DNA of 64,000 nucleotides from Dehalococcoidia bacterium (GTDB lineage Bacteria; Chloroflexota; Dehalococcoidia; Lucifugimonadales; UBA3495): contig CBDCVB010000002.1 of NCBI GenBank assembly GCA_965222895.1, forward strand, positions 1,005,608-1,069,607, given 5' to 3'. The position numbers were made by a program, and so were the translations under genes. The notes beneath the pieces are model-generated. The model worked only from the letters and a program-made list of their open reading frames with translations. It was not told the DNA's origin and did not search any database. Shown piece after piece: positions 35,959 to 46,704 of this stretch (its first letter is position 1; each line of letters begins with the position of its first letter).

Positions 35959-37698
35959 TCACGCGGTTTGCACGCCGGCGGCTGTTTGCAGGGCCAACTC
36001 TTCCACTGCCATCTCGCGCATGCGGAACTTCTGGATCTTGCCGGTTACGGTCATAGGGAACTCGTCGGTGAACTTGACGTAACGGGGGACCTTGTAGTGG
36101 GCGATCTGGCCACGGCAGAAGTCGCGGATGGATTCTTCGGTGGCGTCCGCGTCAGGCTTGAGGCGGACCCACGCCATGACCTCCTCGCCGAACCGCACGT
36201 CAGGCACGCCGATGACCTGCACGTCGTCGATCTGCGGGTGGGTGTACAGGAACTCCTCGATCTCGCGGGGGTAGATGTTCTCGCCGCCGCGGATGATCAT
36301 GTCCTTTAAGCGGCCAGTTATCTTGTAGTAGCCGTCCTCGTCGACGGTGGCGAGGTCGCCGGTGTGGAGCCAGCCGTCGGCGTCGATGGCGTCGGCGGTA
36401 GCCTCGGGCATGTTGAAGTAGCCCTTCATCACCATGGTGCTGCGAGTTTGAAGCTCGCCCTGCTGGCCCGGGCCGACCACGAGGCCGGTCTCCGGGTCGA
36501 CCAGCCTGACCTCCACGCCGGGCAGAACCTTGCCCACGGTGGAGACACGACGCTCGATACTGTCGTCGGCGAGGGTCTGGGTAACCACCGGCGAGGCCTC
36601 GGTTTGGCCGTAGGCGATGGTGATGCGGTCGGCGCCCATGCGGTCGATGACCTCACGCATAACCTCGATGGGACAGGGGGAACCAGCCATGATGCCGGTG
36701 CGCAGGGACGAGAGGTCGAGGTTGGTGAACTCGGGATGGCCGAGCTGGGCGATGAACATGGTGGGCACGCCGTGGACGGCGGTGCACCGCTCAGCAGAGA
36801 TGGCGTGCAGGGTCTGGAGGGGATCAAAGTGCTCGGCGGGAATGATCATGGTGGAGCCATGGACAACGCAGTTGAGGCTGCCCATGACGCAACCGAAGCA
36901 GTGGTAGAAGGGAACCGGGATGCACAGGCGGTCGTGTTCGTCCATCTCCATGGCGTCGCCGACGTGGCGGGCGTTGGATACCAGGTTGTGGTGGGTGAGC
37001 ATGGCGCCCTTGGGGTTGCCGGTGGTGCCAGAGGTGTACTGGATGTTGACCACGTCGTCGGGGCCGCACTGGGCCTGGCGGTTACGGAGGTCGTCCGGGC
37101 TCGTCTGCTCGGCGAGGGTCAGCAGGTCGTCCCAGCGCCACATGCCGGGGGGTGTGGGAGTGGAAACGTCGTCGTGGGGCGGGATGAATATGACGTCGCG
37201 CAAGTGGGGGAAGCGAGTGGAGTTGAGCTCGCCGGCCGCCGCCGCCGCCAGCTCAGGGACCACCTCGTTGACCATGCCCACGTAGTCGGAGGTGCGGCCT
37301 GTCAGGGACGGGACGCGGAACCGGCCGATCAGGATGAGGGCGCCAATCTGCGCCTGCTCCAGCACGTAGGCGAGTTCGCGGGTGCGGTAGGCCGGGTTTA
37401 CGGTGACGAGGACGGCGCCGATCTTGGCGGTGGCGAACTGGGCGATCACCCACTCGGTGTAGTTGGTGGCCCAGATGCCGACATGCTGGCCCTTTTCGAT
37501 GCCGATGGACAGGAGGCCACGGGCCACGCGTTCCACCTCGGCATGAAACTCGCGGTAGTTGAAGCGGTCGCCGGTGGTCGCATGGACAACGGCTTCCCGT
37601 TCGGCGAAGCGTTGGGTCTGGATGTCCAGGATGTCGCCGATGGTGCTGCGCGTGTCGATGTTGTGAGTCATGGTCAACCTCCTGCCGGTTTGGTCCAA
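35959..37698 (-). CDS. AMP-dependent acyl-CoA synthetase/ligase
   Basis: 579 aa with [47 protein letters not shown] and GKIQK. Confidence 0.9.
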   Translation of the reverse strand: MDQTGRRLTMTHNIDTRSTIGDILDIQTQRFAEREAVVHATTGDRFNYREFHAEVERVARGLLSIGIEKGQHVGIWATNYTEWVIAQFATAKIGAVLVTVNPAYRTRELAYVLEQAQIGALILIGRFRVPSLTGRTSDYVGMVNEVVPELAAAAAGELNSTRFPHLRDVIFIPPHDDVSTPTPPGMWRWDDLLTLAEQTSPDDLRNRQAQCGPDDVVNIQYTSGTTGNPKGAMLTHHNLVSNARHVGDAMEMDEHDRLCIPVPFYHCFGCVMGSLNCVVHGSTMIIPAEHFDPLQTLHAISAERCTAVHGVPTMFIAQLGHPEFTNLDLSSLRTGIMAGSPCPIEVMREVIDRMGADRITIAYGQTEASPVVTQTLADDSIERRVSTVGKVLPGVEVRLVDPETGLVVGPGQQGELQTRSTMVMKGYFNMPEATADAIDADGWLHTGDLATVDEDGYYKITGRLKDMIIRGGENIYPREIEEFLYTHPQIDDVQVIGVPDVRFGEEVMAWVRLKPDADATEESIRDFCRGQIAHYKVPRYVKFTDEFPMTVTGKIQKFRMREMAVEELALQTAAGVQTA

Positions 37699-37933
37699 GC
37701 GATTAGGCCGCGGCCAGGTCGTGCTCGATCATAGACCAAGGCGTGACGTCCGTCCCGCCGGTTTCGACTTCCTGTTCCATTGTAGCGATGCGGGGGCGGT
37801 TCAGCGCAAGGGATCGGCGTAGATCTGGCCGCCCTTGGGGCATTCGACGCAGGAGGCGTAGTCGTAGAGGACATGCGAGGCTATCTTGTCCGACGAAAGG
37901 AATGTCAACGTCGGCACCACAACAGCTGCACAA

Positions 37934-38143
37934 TCAAACCGGCGCAAGCCGGGTGTTCATTGAACTAGATGTTTTTACCCCGAATCCACCGAAGGAGGGC
38001 GTTGGGTCAGTTGTAGAGGCCGGCAGTTGGTGTACCCAGCTTTCGGTGGTCCCGGAGGCAGCGTGGAGGAAAATCACCGGTGTGTCGGAGCCGCCGGTGT
38101 CCTCGTACCACAGATAGACTCCGGTGAGGGTTAAGTGTGGCAT
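37934..38143 (-). pseudogene. alpha/beta-hydrolase N-terminal fragment
   Basis: LWYEDTGGSDTPVIFLHAASGTTESWVHQLPA, after which homology is lost. Confidence 0.4.
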
Positions 38144-38147
38144 CAGG

Positions 38148-39038
38148 TCATCCTTGCCAGTGGGGCGGCAGGCTGGGTTCCGACATGCCGAAGCGATGGG
38201 ACAACCATTCCTGGCTGCGACGGCCGTCCTTATAGCCTGAGTGTTCCGCTTGGTGGACCTCGGTTTCGCCCGGCATGGACTGTACCAACGGGTCGAGGGC
38301 AGCGTCCAGCGCCGCCCTGTGCGCGCCGGCCATGAGCAGGGTGGTTGAGTTAACCCGAGGCGCGAACCAGCGGAGATCGAAGTTGGACAGAGTGCCTCGC
38401 ACCATCTACTCCCGTTCCGGATTCAGGCGTAAGTAGTCGTTGATCTCCTCCAGCGGGTACGCGCTGGTGCGCCGTGCCAGGTCGGCGGTGCCGTATAGGA
38501 GGGCCGGCGTGCACACCAGGTGCGTAACCTGCGGACACAGCGCCGCCGTGGTGTACGCCAGGTCATTGCCGATGGTGGCGATGCGCGCGCCGCCAACTTC
38601 GGGCCGGCTGGCCAGTATTCCAGCCCGCGGACGGAGTCGGACACAATGCCCCGGTACACGTAGCCCGCCGGGTCAACCATGCCGTCGGTGAGCAGGCGGC
38701 CGGGATAACCGGGATTGAATTGCCGGTTGCTCCGGAGCTTGCCCGTGGGGCTACGCTGAACGCCGCTTAGCCTTTGCGCGCCCAGACCTTGGGCACCGGC
38801 GGTTCCATGTTGTAGCCCGGCACCTGTAAAAGGCCCGGCAGTTTGCCTTCCCTCTCGCGTGGCGCCGCGCCGCGTACCAGCCGGCAATCCTGACCCGGTC
38901 TAGGCTGGTGAAGAAGACCTCGTATACATCGATCTGTTCGGTGGACCGCAATGGGTCGTGGACTACCTCGGGCTCCAGTGGATTCTTCGCGGTTTCTACC
39001 AGATCTTCCCCCCAGAACAAGTCAATGTCTTCCGGCAT
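38148..39038 (-). pseudogene. acetylxylan esterase (AXE1/cephalosporin-C deacetylase) family gene broken over several frames
   Basis: N-terminus MPEDIDLFWGEDL...VYEVFFTSLDRVRIAGWY (frame a). Middle LTDGMVDPAGYVYRGIVSDSVRGLEYW (frame b). C-terminus LLMAGAH...EVHQAEHSGY (frame c). Confidence 0.65.
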
Positions 39039-39330
39039 CCGGACCTTGGATACGTACTGGTCACCGCTACCCTGGGCATATCGCCTCCCGGACCGCATTG
39101 CGATGGCGGTGGGACATCCCGCCGAAACTTGCAACGGCAAGGAATGGGTTCACTCCACAATGATGCCGTAATGCAACATGGGCGACCCGCGCAGGTCTAC
39201 GGCGCGCAAGAACGAGTGGGGGCAATCTCAACTTGGTCCAAACTTTCGGGGCAGGCCCAATCCTGGGGATTTCGTACACACACCGCCATGTTTACTCGAT
39301 CCGAGATGGCAGGATGGCGGTTTCTCCGAG

Positions 39331-39885
39331 TCATCGCTCACCATCGTCGTTGTCAGGGGCCAGTTCCAAAAGGCGCATGCCCCGCTGCACCTGCTGACCG
39401 GGCTCAACCGCCACGCGCCGCACTACTCCGCTGCGGGGAGCCGTGATCACCAACTCCATTTTCATGGACTCCATCAACACTACAGTCTGGTTTTGCTCCA
39501 CCCGGTCACCCTCGCTGACCAGCACCTCCAACACCGACCCAGGCATGGGAGCCAGGACATCGCCCGGACCTTCGGTGGCCGATGCGCTCCCTCGACGCCT
39601 GGCCTCCGCCCGCTGGAACACGAACAAAGAACCATCCAGCCAAAGGTGTAACTCAGGACCCACCCATGCCCAGGCGAAGCGGTAAAAGCGGCCCGACTCA
39701 GTTCTACACAGCGCTCCACCAGCCTCACGGGACTCAATGCTGAGAGCAATCGTAGATTCCAAGCCGGTCGGAACCGAACCTTCCAGATCGAAAATCAGAT
39801 GACCTTCGCTCTCTTCCAGCCGGTAGCGATAGGGTTCCTGCGTCGCCGGGTACGTCTCCCGCATCTCGCCCTGGCTCTGGGTCAT
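39331..39885 (-). CDS. biotin carboxyl carrier (BT + BCCP) polypeptide of an acyl-CoA carboxylase
   Basis: APMPGSVLEVLVSEGDRVEQNQTVVLMESMKMEL biotinylation motif. The ATG overlaps the biotin carboxylase stop (ATGA). Confidence 0.85.
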   Translation of the reverse strand: MTQSQGEMRETYPATQEPYRYRLEESEGHLIFDLEGSVPTGLESTIALSIESREAGGALCRTESGRFYRFAWAWVGPELHLWLDGSLFVFQRAEARRRGSASATEGPGDVLAPMPGSVLEVLVSEGDRVEQNQTVVLMESMKMELVITAPRSGVVRRVAVEPGQQVQRGMRLLELAPDNDDGER

Positions 39886-41384
39886 GGGAGCCTCCGCTGT
39901 CCGGCGGACTGCCAGGGATTGGCGCTAACCGGCCTATCGCTGCCAGCCGGTTGAGATGCTTGACCAACAGGCTGACGCGACGCCCAGGCCGCCAGCGCGC
40001 GGGCCATCATGCGGGAGTCACCCGAAATGAACGGACTGGTAACCGCCGGGTTCCACTCCAAGAAGCCGGTGTCGTATTCGCCCTGCTGAAACTGGGCATG
40101 CCCCACCACCGCCCGGAGCAGCGGAATGTTGGTGACAACTCCCAACACCAGGAACTGGGAAAGGGCGACCTCCATCCGGCGCAAGGCCAGGTCGCGCTCA
40201 GGAGACCAGGCGACGAGCTTCGCCAGCATGGAGTCGTAGTAGATGGACACCTCCTGACCTTCGGACACGCCGCTGTCCAGCCGGAGCCCGGGCCCGCTGG
40301 GGGGCCGCCAGCGCAGCAGCGTACCGGTGGACGGAACGTAATTGCGATACGGATCCTCGGCGTATATGCGGCACTCGATGGCGTGGCCCCGGGGTTGGAT
40401 GTCCTCCTGTTGAAGCGTCAGGGGTTCCCCTCCGGCGATGCGGATCTGCCATTCCACCATGTCCAACCCCAGGACGGCCTCGGTCACCGGGTGTTCAACC
40501 TGGAGCCGGGCGTTCATTTCCAGGAAGTAGAATTCGCCGCTCCTTGGGTCCAGCAGGAATTCAACCGTCCCGGCGTTGACGTATCCGGCCTCGCGGGCCA
40601 CAGCGATGGCGGCGTCGCCCATGCGCCGGCGCAACTCCGGCGTCAGGGCCGGCGATGGGGTCTCCTCAATGATCTTCTGGTGGCGGCGTTGGATGCTGCA
40701 CTCACGTTCGCCCAGGTGGATAGTGTGCCCGGACCCGTCGGCCAGCACCTGGATCTCCACGTGGCGCGGGTTGGCAACGTAACGCTCCAGGAACATCCGG
40801 CCGTCGCCGAAAGCAGCCTGCGCTTCCCGGCTGGCCGTCTCCATATCCCCGCCCAAATCGGCCTGGCGGTTGACCAGGCGCATGCCGCGACCGCCTCCTC
40901 CGGCGGCTGCCTTGACCATCAGGGGAAACCCCCATCGGTCAGCAAACTCTACGGCGGCTGGATCCCCAGGAAGACACGCGGGCGTACTGGGGACCACCGG
41001 GACGCCCGCGGCCAGCGCGATGTCCTTGGAATGCAGCTTATCCCCCAGCGCGGCCATGCTTTCCGGCGTAGGTCCGATGAAGGTTATGTGCGCGTCCCGG
41101 CAGGCCCGGGCAAACTCCGGATTCTCCGACAGGAAACCGTAGCCCGGGTGGATCGCGTCGACCCCGCAATCCCTTGCAGCTTGCACCAGTTTGAAGATGC
41201 TCAGGTAAGTCTCCTCGGCAGTGCTGCCGGGCAGGGCCACCGCCTGCTCCGCCATGAGCACGTGGGGAGTTCCGGCGTCAGGGTCGGAATAGACCGCGAC
41301 CGGCACAATGCCCATAGCGTGCAGCGTCTGGTTAATGCGGACCGCGATTTCTCCGCGATTGGCTACCAGAACTTTGGAGAACAT
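39882..41384 (-). CDS. biotin carboxylase subunit (methylcrotonyl/propionyl-CoA carboxylase alpha-like)
   Basis: MFSKVLVANRGEIAVRI, ATP-grasp GGGGRGMR and EMNARLQVEHPVTE. Start chosen at 41384; the ORF track extends to 41480. Confidence 0.9.
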   Translation of the reverse strand: MFSKVLVANRGEIAVRINQTLHAMGIVPVAVYSDPDAGTPHVLMAEQAVALPGSTAEETYLSIFKLVQAARDCGVDAIHPGYGFLSENPEFARACRDAHITFIGPTPESMAALGDKLHSKDIALAAGVPVVPSTPACLPGDPAAVEFADRWGFPLMVKAAAGGGGRGMRLVNRQADLGGDMETASREAQAAFGDGRMFLERYVANPRHVEIQVLADGSGHTIHLGERECSIQRRHQKIIEETPSPALTPELRRRMGDAAIAVAREAGYVNAGTVEFLLDPRSGEFYFLEMNARLQVEHPVTEAVLGLDMVEWQIRIAGGEPLTLQQEDIQPRGHAIECRIYAEDPYRNYVPSTGTLLRWRPPSGPGLRLDSGVSEGQEVSIYYDSMLAKLVAWSPERDLALRRMEVALSQFLVLGVVTNIPLLRAVVGHAQFQQGEYDTGFLEWNPAVTSPFISGDSRMMARALAAWASRQPVGQASQPAGSDRPVSANPWQSAGQRRLP

Positions 41385-41436
41385 CGGAAAACGTGCTGCG
41401 CGGGATCGTGTGGCCCGAGCGGGAACAGGCTGGGCA

Positions 41437-43047
41437 TCACATTCGGAAGACGCCGCGCTTCTGCTCTGGGAACGGGGCATTTATCGAGGCGGCGATTCCC
41501 AGGCCCACCACATCGCGCGTGTCCACCGGGTCGATGATCCCGTCGTCCCACAGGCGGGCGGTGCTGTAATAGGGATCGCCCTCCAACTCGTACTTTTCCA
41601 GAATGGGACGTTGCAGGTCGTCCCGCTCCTCCTGCTCCATGGTACGTCCCTGCCGCTCCAGCTGTTGCAACCTGATTGTGAGCAGCACCTCCGCTGCCTG
41701 CTGCCCGCCCATCACCGAAATGCGGGCGTTGGGCCACGTCCACAGGAACCGCGGCTGGTAGGCCCGCCCGCACATGCCGTAGTTTCCCGCCCCGAAGGAA
41801 CTGCCGATGATCACGGTGAACTTGGGTACGGCTGCGTTGGACACTGCCATGACCATCTTGGCCCCGTCCTTGGCAATACCACCATGCTCGTACTGGCTGC
41901 CCACCATGAAGCCGGTGATGTTCTGCAGAAACAGTAGTGGGATCCCCCGTTGGCTGCACAGCTCTATGAAATGGGTACTCTTCAGAGCGCTCTCGGAAAA
42001 GAGGACTCCGTTGTTGGCGACCACTCCCACCGGATACCCCCAAATACGCGAGAAGCCGCAGACCAGGGTTCCCCCGTACTCGGCCTTGAACTCGTGGAAC
42101 CGGCTCCCGTCCACAATGCGGGCGATTACCTCACGCACGTTGTATTGCCGCCGGTTGTCGGGGGACACTATGCCGTAGAGCTCGGCCGGATCGTAGGCTG
42201 GCGGTTCCGGGGTGGAGACCTGGAACGGAAGGTCTCGCCTCTTCACGAAGTTCTCGATGATGTCTCGGGTGATGGCCAGGGCGTCTTCATCGTCAACGGC
42301 CTGGTGGTCGGCCACGCCGGATATTCGGGTATGCACGTCCGCGCCGCCCAGAGTCTCCGGGTCCACCTCCTCGCCAGTGGCCGCCCTCACCAACGGCGGC
42401 CCGCCCAGGAAGATGGTGCCCTGCTCCCGAACCATGACCACCTCATCGCTCATGGCCGGAATATACGCGCCGCCGGCCGTGCAAGACCCCATGACTACCG
42501 CCACCTGCGGTATGCCCAGGGCCGACATCTGCGCCTGGTTGTAGAAGATGCGCCCGAAGTGGTCCCGGTCGGGGAATACCTCCGCCTGCAATGGCAAAAA
42601 GGCTCCGCCGGAATCCACTAGATAGATGCAGGGCAGGTGGTTTTCCAGGGCAATTTCCTGGGCGCGCAGGTGCTTCTTGACGGTGATCGGATAATACGTT
42701 CCGCCCTTGACCGTGGCGTCATTGGCGACCACCACCACCTCTTTTCCCTGGACGACACCGACGCCGGTCACGATTCCGGCGGACGATTCCTCACCATCGT
42801 ACATGTCCCAAGCCGCCAACGGGCTCAGTTCAAGGAAAGGTGTGTTGGCGTCCACGAGGGCATCGATCCGCTCCCTGACCAACAGCTTGCCGCGGCTGCG
42901 GTGCAACTCCACCTGCCGCTCACCCCCGCCGGCCCGAACTTGGGCCATCCGGTCTTTCATGTCGCGCACCAGGGGCCCCATCCGGGCCTGGTTATCCCGA
43001 AAATCAGGGTCAGAGGTTCGCAGGTTGGAGGCGATTATTTCCATCAC
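41437..43047 (-). CDS. acyl-CoA carboxylase carboxyltransferase (beta) subunit, methylcrotonyl-CoA carboxylase-like
   Basis: 536 aa with [28 protein letters not shown] and [16 protein letters not shown]. Confidence 0.9.
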   Translation of the reverse strand: MMEIIASNLRTSDPDFRDNQARMGPLVRDMKDRMAQVRAGGGERQVELHRSRGKLLVRERIDALVDANTPFLELSPLAAWDMYDGEESSAGIVTGVGVVQGKEVVVVANDATVKGGTYYPITVKKHLRAQEIALENHLPCIYLVDSGGAFLPLQAEVFPDRDHFGRIFYNQAQMSALGIPQVAVVMGSCTAGGAYIPAMSDEVVMVREQGTIFLGGPPLVRAATGEEVDPETLGGADVHTRISGVADHQAVDDEDALAITRDIIENFVKRRDLPFQVSTPEPPAYDPAELYGIVSPDNRRQYNVREVIARIVDGSRFHEFKAEYGGTLVCGFSRIWGYPVGVVANNGVLFSESALKSTHFIELCSQRGIPLLFLQNITGFMVGSQYEHGGIAKDGAKMVMAVSNAAVPKFTVIIGSSFGAGNYGMCGRAYQPRFLWTWPNARISVMGGQQAAEVLLTIRLQQLERQGRTMEQEERDDLQRPILEKYELEGDPYYSTARLWDDGIIDPVDTRDVVGLGIAASINAPFPEQKRGVFRM

Positions 43048-43622
43048 TATTCCGTGGGCAGCGTGCCCTGGGGTTTCCGGACTTATGAACCAAATGGGCG
43101 CAGTCTCCCGGCGGAGAGCGCATAGCCAACTTGTTGCACAGGTTGTCCTAGGATCGGACCGATCTTGTAGGCATGCGGGACATGCAATTCCGCCTACCGG
43201 TTTGGAGCGGCGTGCCGTTCCAATAGGACAGGCTTATCGATGATAACACGACGCGGATTGTGGCGCGGGTCGCGGATGTAGTCTCGGATTCGGGCTCGGC
43301 ATCGATCGGTATCGTGAGCCACCCCAACCCTGTGTCGGAAGTCCAACTAGTAGTTGAACTCACACCGTCCGTCCGGCATATCTATGGTGTAGCCATGCCC
43401 GTCGATGATCATCACTTGTCCGTGCCCGTGCTCCGAAGTGGCGGCATACCGTTCATGGACACTACAATAAGGGTGCCGTTGGCAACCTCATAGTCGCAAC
43501 ATCCTACTCCATCGGCGACCATTTGCATTGACAGAATCGTTACGTACTCGGATATACTACCGCCGCTTGAAACTATCCAATTCCTTTGTGGAATGAACCT
43601 TGACTGATGCGGGACGGATTAG

Positions 43623-44463
43623 GGGGTGTCGTCAAAATGGCGGCAGGGTGGTAAATTGCTGGAAATGGGGAGAGTGTGGGAGGTGAGGGTATGACGGCAG
43701 CGCACCGGCGCCACGATATGACCGATGACGTTTGGGAGCGGTTGAGGCCGCATTTGCCCGGGGGAGCGGGCAAGAGAGGCCGACCGGCCCAGGACAACCG
43801 GCGGTTTATCGACGCCGTGTGCTGGATACTGCGCACCGGCGCGCCTTGGCGCGATTTGCCCCCGGACTACGGAGACTGGAAGAACACCCACCGCCGCTGC
43901 TGCCGCTGGCGGGACCGGGGCGTGTGGGCCGGACTGTTGGAGGCAGTGATTGATGACCCTGATTTCGAGTGGCTGATGATAGACGCCAGCTATATCAAGG
44001 CCCATCCCCACAGCGCCGGAGCCCCAGGCGGAAATCAGTCCATTGCCCGCACCAAAGGGGGCTGAACAGCAAGCTGCACCGGGCGGTGGACGCCCACGGA
44101 ATGCCGGTAAGGCTGGCGGTGACCGCGGGTACGGTTGCCGACTGCTCCCAGGCGTTGCCCCTGATTGAGGGCATAGCAGCGGAGTGCCTGCTGGCGGACA
44201 AAGCCGATGACACCAATGAAATCATAGCCACCGTCCGGGAATTGGGAATGGACCCGGTGATACCGCCCAAAAGCAACCGGAGAGAAAAACGGGACTATGA
44301 CCGGGGGCTGTACCAGCTGCGGCGCCTGGTGGAGAACGGATTCCTGGAATTCAAGCAGTGGCGCGGAGTGGCAACCCGGTATGCCAAAAAGACGGCGTCA
44401 TACTTGGCGGCCTGCCAACTCCGCGCAGTGATGATCTGGAGCAAACTCTTTTGACGACACCCC
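43623..44463 (+). mobile_element. IS5-family (IS427-group-like) insertion sequence, 841 bp, TAG-flanked
   Basis: Inverted repeats are GGGGTGTCGTCAAAA (43623) and CTTTTGACGACACCCC (ends 44463). TAG lies at 43620-43622 and 44464-44466. Confidence 0.85.
43676..44454 (+). CDS. IS5 family transposase, two ORFs joined by a -1 frameshift in the AAAGGGGG run (~44053-44060)
   Basis: ORF 43676-44065 (DDVWERLRPHLP...APWRDLP) and ORF 43969-44454 (GLNSKLHRAVD...ADKADD...RRLVENGFLEFKQWRGVATRY). Confidence 0.85.
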
Positions 44464-44660
44464 TAGAGCGAAAAGTAACGAAAGACTGACGGATACAGAC
44501 CGACGCAGCCTGCCGGCACAAAGCCGGCGGGCTGCTCTTTGCTTGTTACCGCCGGGCAATGGATGGCACCAACACCGGCAGCAACTAGGTTCACCGAACC
44601 ACAAGGGGGCGGCCATGCTCGTTGCAGAACCGCTGTTCCCTGCTCCGTAGGAGGAATCTA

Positions 44661-44795
44661 ATGGAACATCGGAACGAAGCCACTATTTTGGTGAAGGATT
44701 GGCTGTCCCGATGGCTTGACGAAAAAGTTAGACGGGACCGCAAGCTCAACACCCAAGAGCGCTACGAAATAATCATCCGTTGCCGCGCTCAGTAA
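44661..44795 (+). pseudogene. tyrosine integrase N-terminal stub (44 codons)
   Basis: AGGAGG RBS, then MEHRNEATILVKDWLSRWLDEKVRRDRKLNTQERYEIIIRCRAQ and a stop. It resembles the SAM-like N-domain of phage integrases and lies next to the tRNA 3' end. Confidence 0.45.
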
Positions 44796-44954
44796 TCTAG
44801 CACGCTCGGCTGAGGAATAGCGCTGGAAATGGCGAAACCACCAGAACATCAGGCGCGTGGATTGAGGCAGCAGAATGGTTACCAAATCGGACCGTTTGCG
44901 AGGGAAGGTAACCATTTTGTAACCATTTCGCCGTAAGAGAGTTCGTGAAATAGC

Positions 44955-44978
44955 AAATCCCCGCCTCGTGCGGGGGTT
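44955..44978 (-). terminator. rho-independent terminator after tRNA-Thr
   Basis: Minus strand reads CCCCGC-ACGAG-GCGGGG followed by ATTTGCTATTT. Confidence 0.6.
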
Positions 44979-44989
44979 GTTGAAAGTAA

Positions 44990-45064
44990 TGGAGCCGATG
45001 AAGGGAATCGAACCCTTGACCTGCGGTTTACGAAACCGCTGCTCTACCGCTGAGCTACATCGGC
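44990..45064 (-). tRNA. tRNA-Thr (anticodon CGU)
   Basis: Hand-folded 75-nt cloverleaf: GCCGATG TA GCTC AGCGGTA GAGC A GCGGT TTCGTAA ACCGC AGGTC AAGGG TTCGATT CCCTT CATCGGC T CCA. Confidence 0.9.
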
Positions 45065-45247
45065 AACCTTTTGGCGTTTACCCGGTTGGTTTTTACATTG
45101 TAACGCCGTATTTGCTTATTTCCAAGATTGCGGCCTCACCAGGCACCTCTATTTACGCTAAAATACCGACGACCGCGGCCGTCGCAACCGCAATTGGCCC
45201 GGTCGCAATGTACGCCAAATCAAACTACGATAACCTGGAGGTACAGC

Positions 45248-45616
45248 ATGATGTTCACGCGAATCTATACTGGAGACGACGGCCAGACCCATTTTGAGGA
45301 TTTGGACCTTCCCGGCGAGCGGGCCATCCACAGCGGAATGCAAGTTACTCCGGGCGTGAATTTCCGCAGGTTCGAGCCCGGCTACTTCTCCGACTGGCAT
45401 ACCGCCCCCCGTCGGCAATACGTCATCACGCTGGCCGGCGAGATGGAAGTCGGCATCGGCGACGGCACCAAGCGGCGTTTCGGAGCCGGCGATGTCCTGA
45501 TGGCAGACGATCTGACCGGTCAGGGACACACCACCGCCGTGGTGGGCGATCAGCCGCGCGTGTCGGTGACGATTCCGATTACCCTCTGGTCTCCCTGGTT
45601 GCCCGCCGGCGAATAA
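45248..45616 (+). CDS. cupin-like small protein
   Basis: GGAGG RBS, then MMFTRIYTGDDGQTHFEDL...WHTAPRRQYVITLAGEMEV...GDVLMADDLTGQGH. Confidence 0.6.
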   Translation: MMFTRIYTGDDGQTHFEDLDLPGERAIHSGMQVTPGVNFRRFEPGYFSDWHTAPRRQYVITLAGEMEVGIGDGTKRRFGAGDVLMADDLTGQGHTTAVVGDQPRVSVTIPITLWSPWLPAGE

Positions 45617-45664
45617 ATTACCAACCGGCGCAACCACTGCACTACCCAGGCCGGGCGGATGTTC

Positions 45665-46657
45665 TCACCCAGGAGCATTCGCCCGGATAATCAGTTGCGC
45701 AGTGGCGAAAGCGTCATTACCCCCAAGCCGCGGCGCGATGATGGGCAGCGTGATACCAGCATCGCGGAATTCGGCCAACCGCTCCCGGCGCGCTCCGGCA
45801 TCAGCGGGGAGGGACATATTCCGGATGAGTCCCTCCGGCACCAGACGCTCAGCCTCCGCGATGTTGCCCTGCCGCCACGCTTCACGCACCAGCTGAACTT
45901 CATCGGCATAGCCCGCCTCGGCCATCAAACGGCGGTAGCGCGGGAACCGGCCCGCGTAGGCGGCAGCCGTGCGACGCATTCCAGCGCCGTCATCGCCGGG
46001 CGCAGACATCGACAGCAACGTTGCCAACTCCAGGTCTGCAGGACTGCGACCGGAGCGCGCGGCGCCGATGGACACGTGGTGCGCTGCTGTACGGGCGTGT
46101 TCCGGAGTGCTCCAGGTTAGCAGTACGCCCTCGCTGATTTCGCCGGCGATTTCCAGCATCTTGGGAAAAACCGCTGCCAGATATATCGGCAGTCGCGGAC
46201 GGAATGTCGGAAAGTGCAGGTCGAACGAACGGATGTCGATGGCCTCGCCCACGTAATCAGTTACCGCGCCATCTCGGATCAACTGGCGCACTATGTTGAC
46301 GGTATCTCGAACTCGTGGAATCGCTCCCGAAAACTCCAGTCCATGTTCCGGTTCAACCTGTACCTTGTGGCTGCTGCCCAATCCCAGAATGAACCGCCCG
46401 TTGGAGTAGCTATCCACGCAAGCCGCCGCCATCGCGATGGTGGGTGCGCTGCGGACGAACACGCTGCTGATGCTGGTGCCCAGCAGTATCCGTTCGGTAC
46501 TCAACGCGCAGGCGGTCAGAATGGAAAACTGGTCGCCGCCGTGCCCTTCCGCCACCCACGCCGACTCGTACCCCAGCTCCTCCGCCAGCCGGACGCACTC
46601 CACAACCTGCGGCGGCGACATACCGCCGCCGGCGAATGCAACGCCAAGTCTTTCCAT
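45665..46657 (-). CDS. LLM-class F420/flavin-dependent oxidoreductase
   Basis: MERLGVAF...GYESAWVAEGHGGD...GRFILGLGSS. Start chosen at 46657. Confidence 0.85.
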   Translation of the reverse strand: MERLGVAFAGGGMSPPQVVECVRLAEELGYESAWVAEGHGGDQFSILTACALSTERILLGTSISSVFVRSAPTIAMAAACVDSYSNGRFILGLGSSHKVQVEPEHGLEFSGAIPRVRDTVNIVRQLIRDGAVTDYVGEAIDIRSFDLHFPTFRPRLPIYLAAVFPKMLEIAGEISEGVLLTWSTPEHARTAAHHVSIGAARSGRSPADLELATLLSMSAPGDDGAGMRRTAAAYAGRFPRYRRLMAEAGYADEVQLVREAWRQGNIAEAERLVPEGLIRNMSLPADAGARRERLAEFRDAGITLPIIAPRLGGNDAFATAQLIIRANAPG

Positions 46658-46704
46658 CTGAAATCTCCCGTCCCTCGCGAGGCAGAACCGGCAGCCCGAA
46701 CGCC

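Noticed and set aside
36364-37734. Long ORFs antisense to confidently assigned genes. They are 36364-37734, 39951-41537, 29954-31201, 53986-54978, 7347-8465, 11265-12311, 20586-21683, 22393-23343, 25422-26636, 59303-60052 and the 5' part of 2349-3617.
   Set aside because: These are typical shadow ORFs of GC-rich DNA. Their translations are Arg/Gly/Pro/Ala-rich with no motifs, and the opposite strand carries clear domain signatures.
43148-43560. Several small ORFs on both strands between the carboxyltransferase gene and the IS5 element. One example is the 71-aa ORF 43148-43363; others are frames reading MIIDGHGYTIDMPDGRCEFNY and [20 protein letters not shown].
   Set aside because: The frames are broken by stops and no motif could be recognised. 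They may be remnants of a small toxin-antitoxin-like gene, but that is not supportable from sequence alone.
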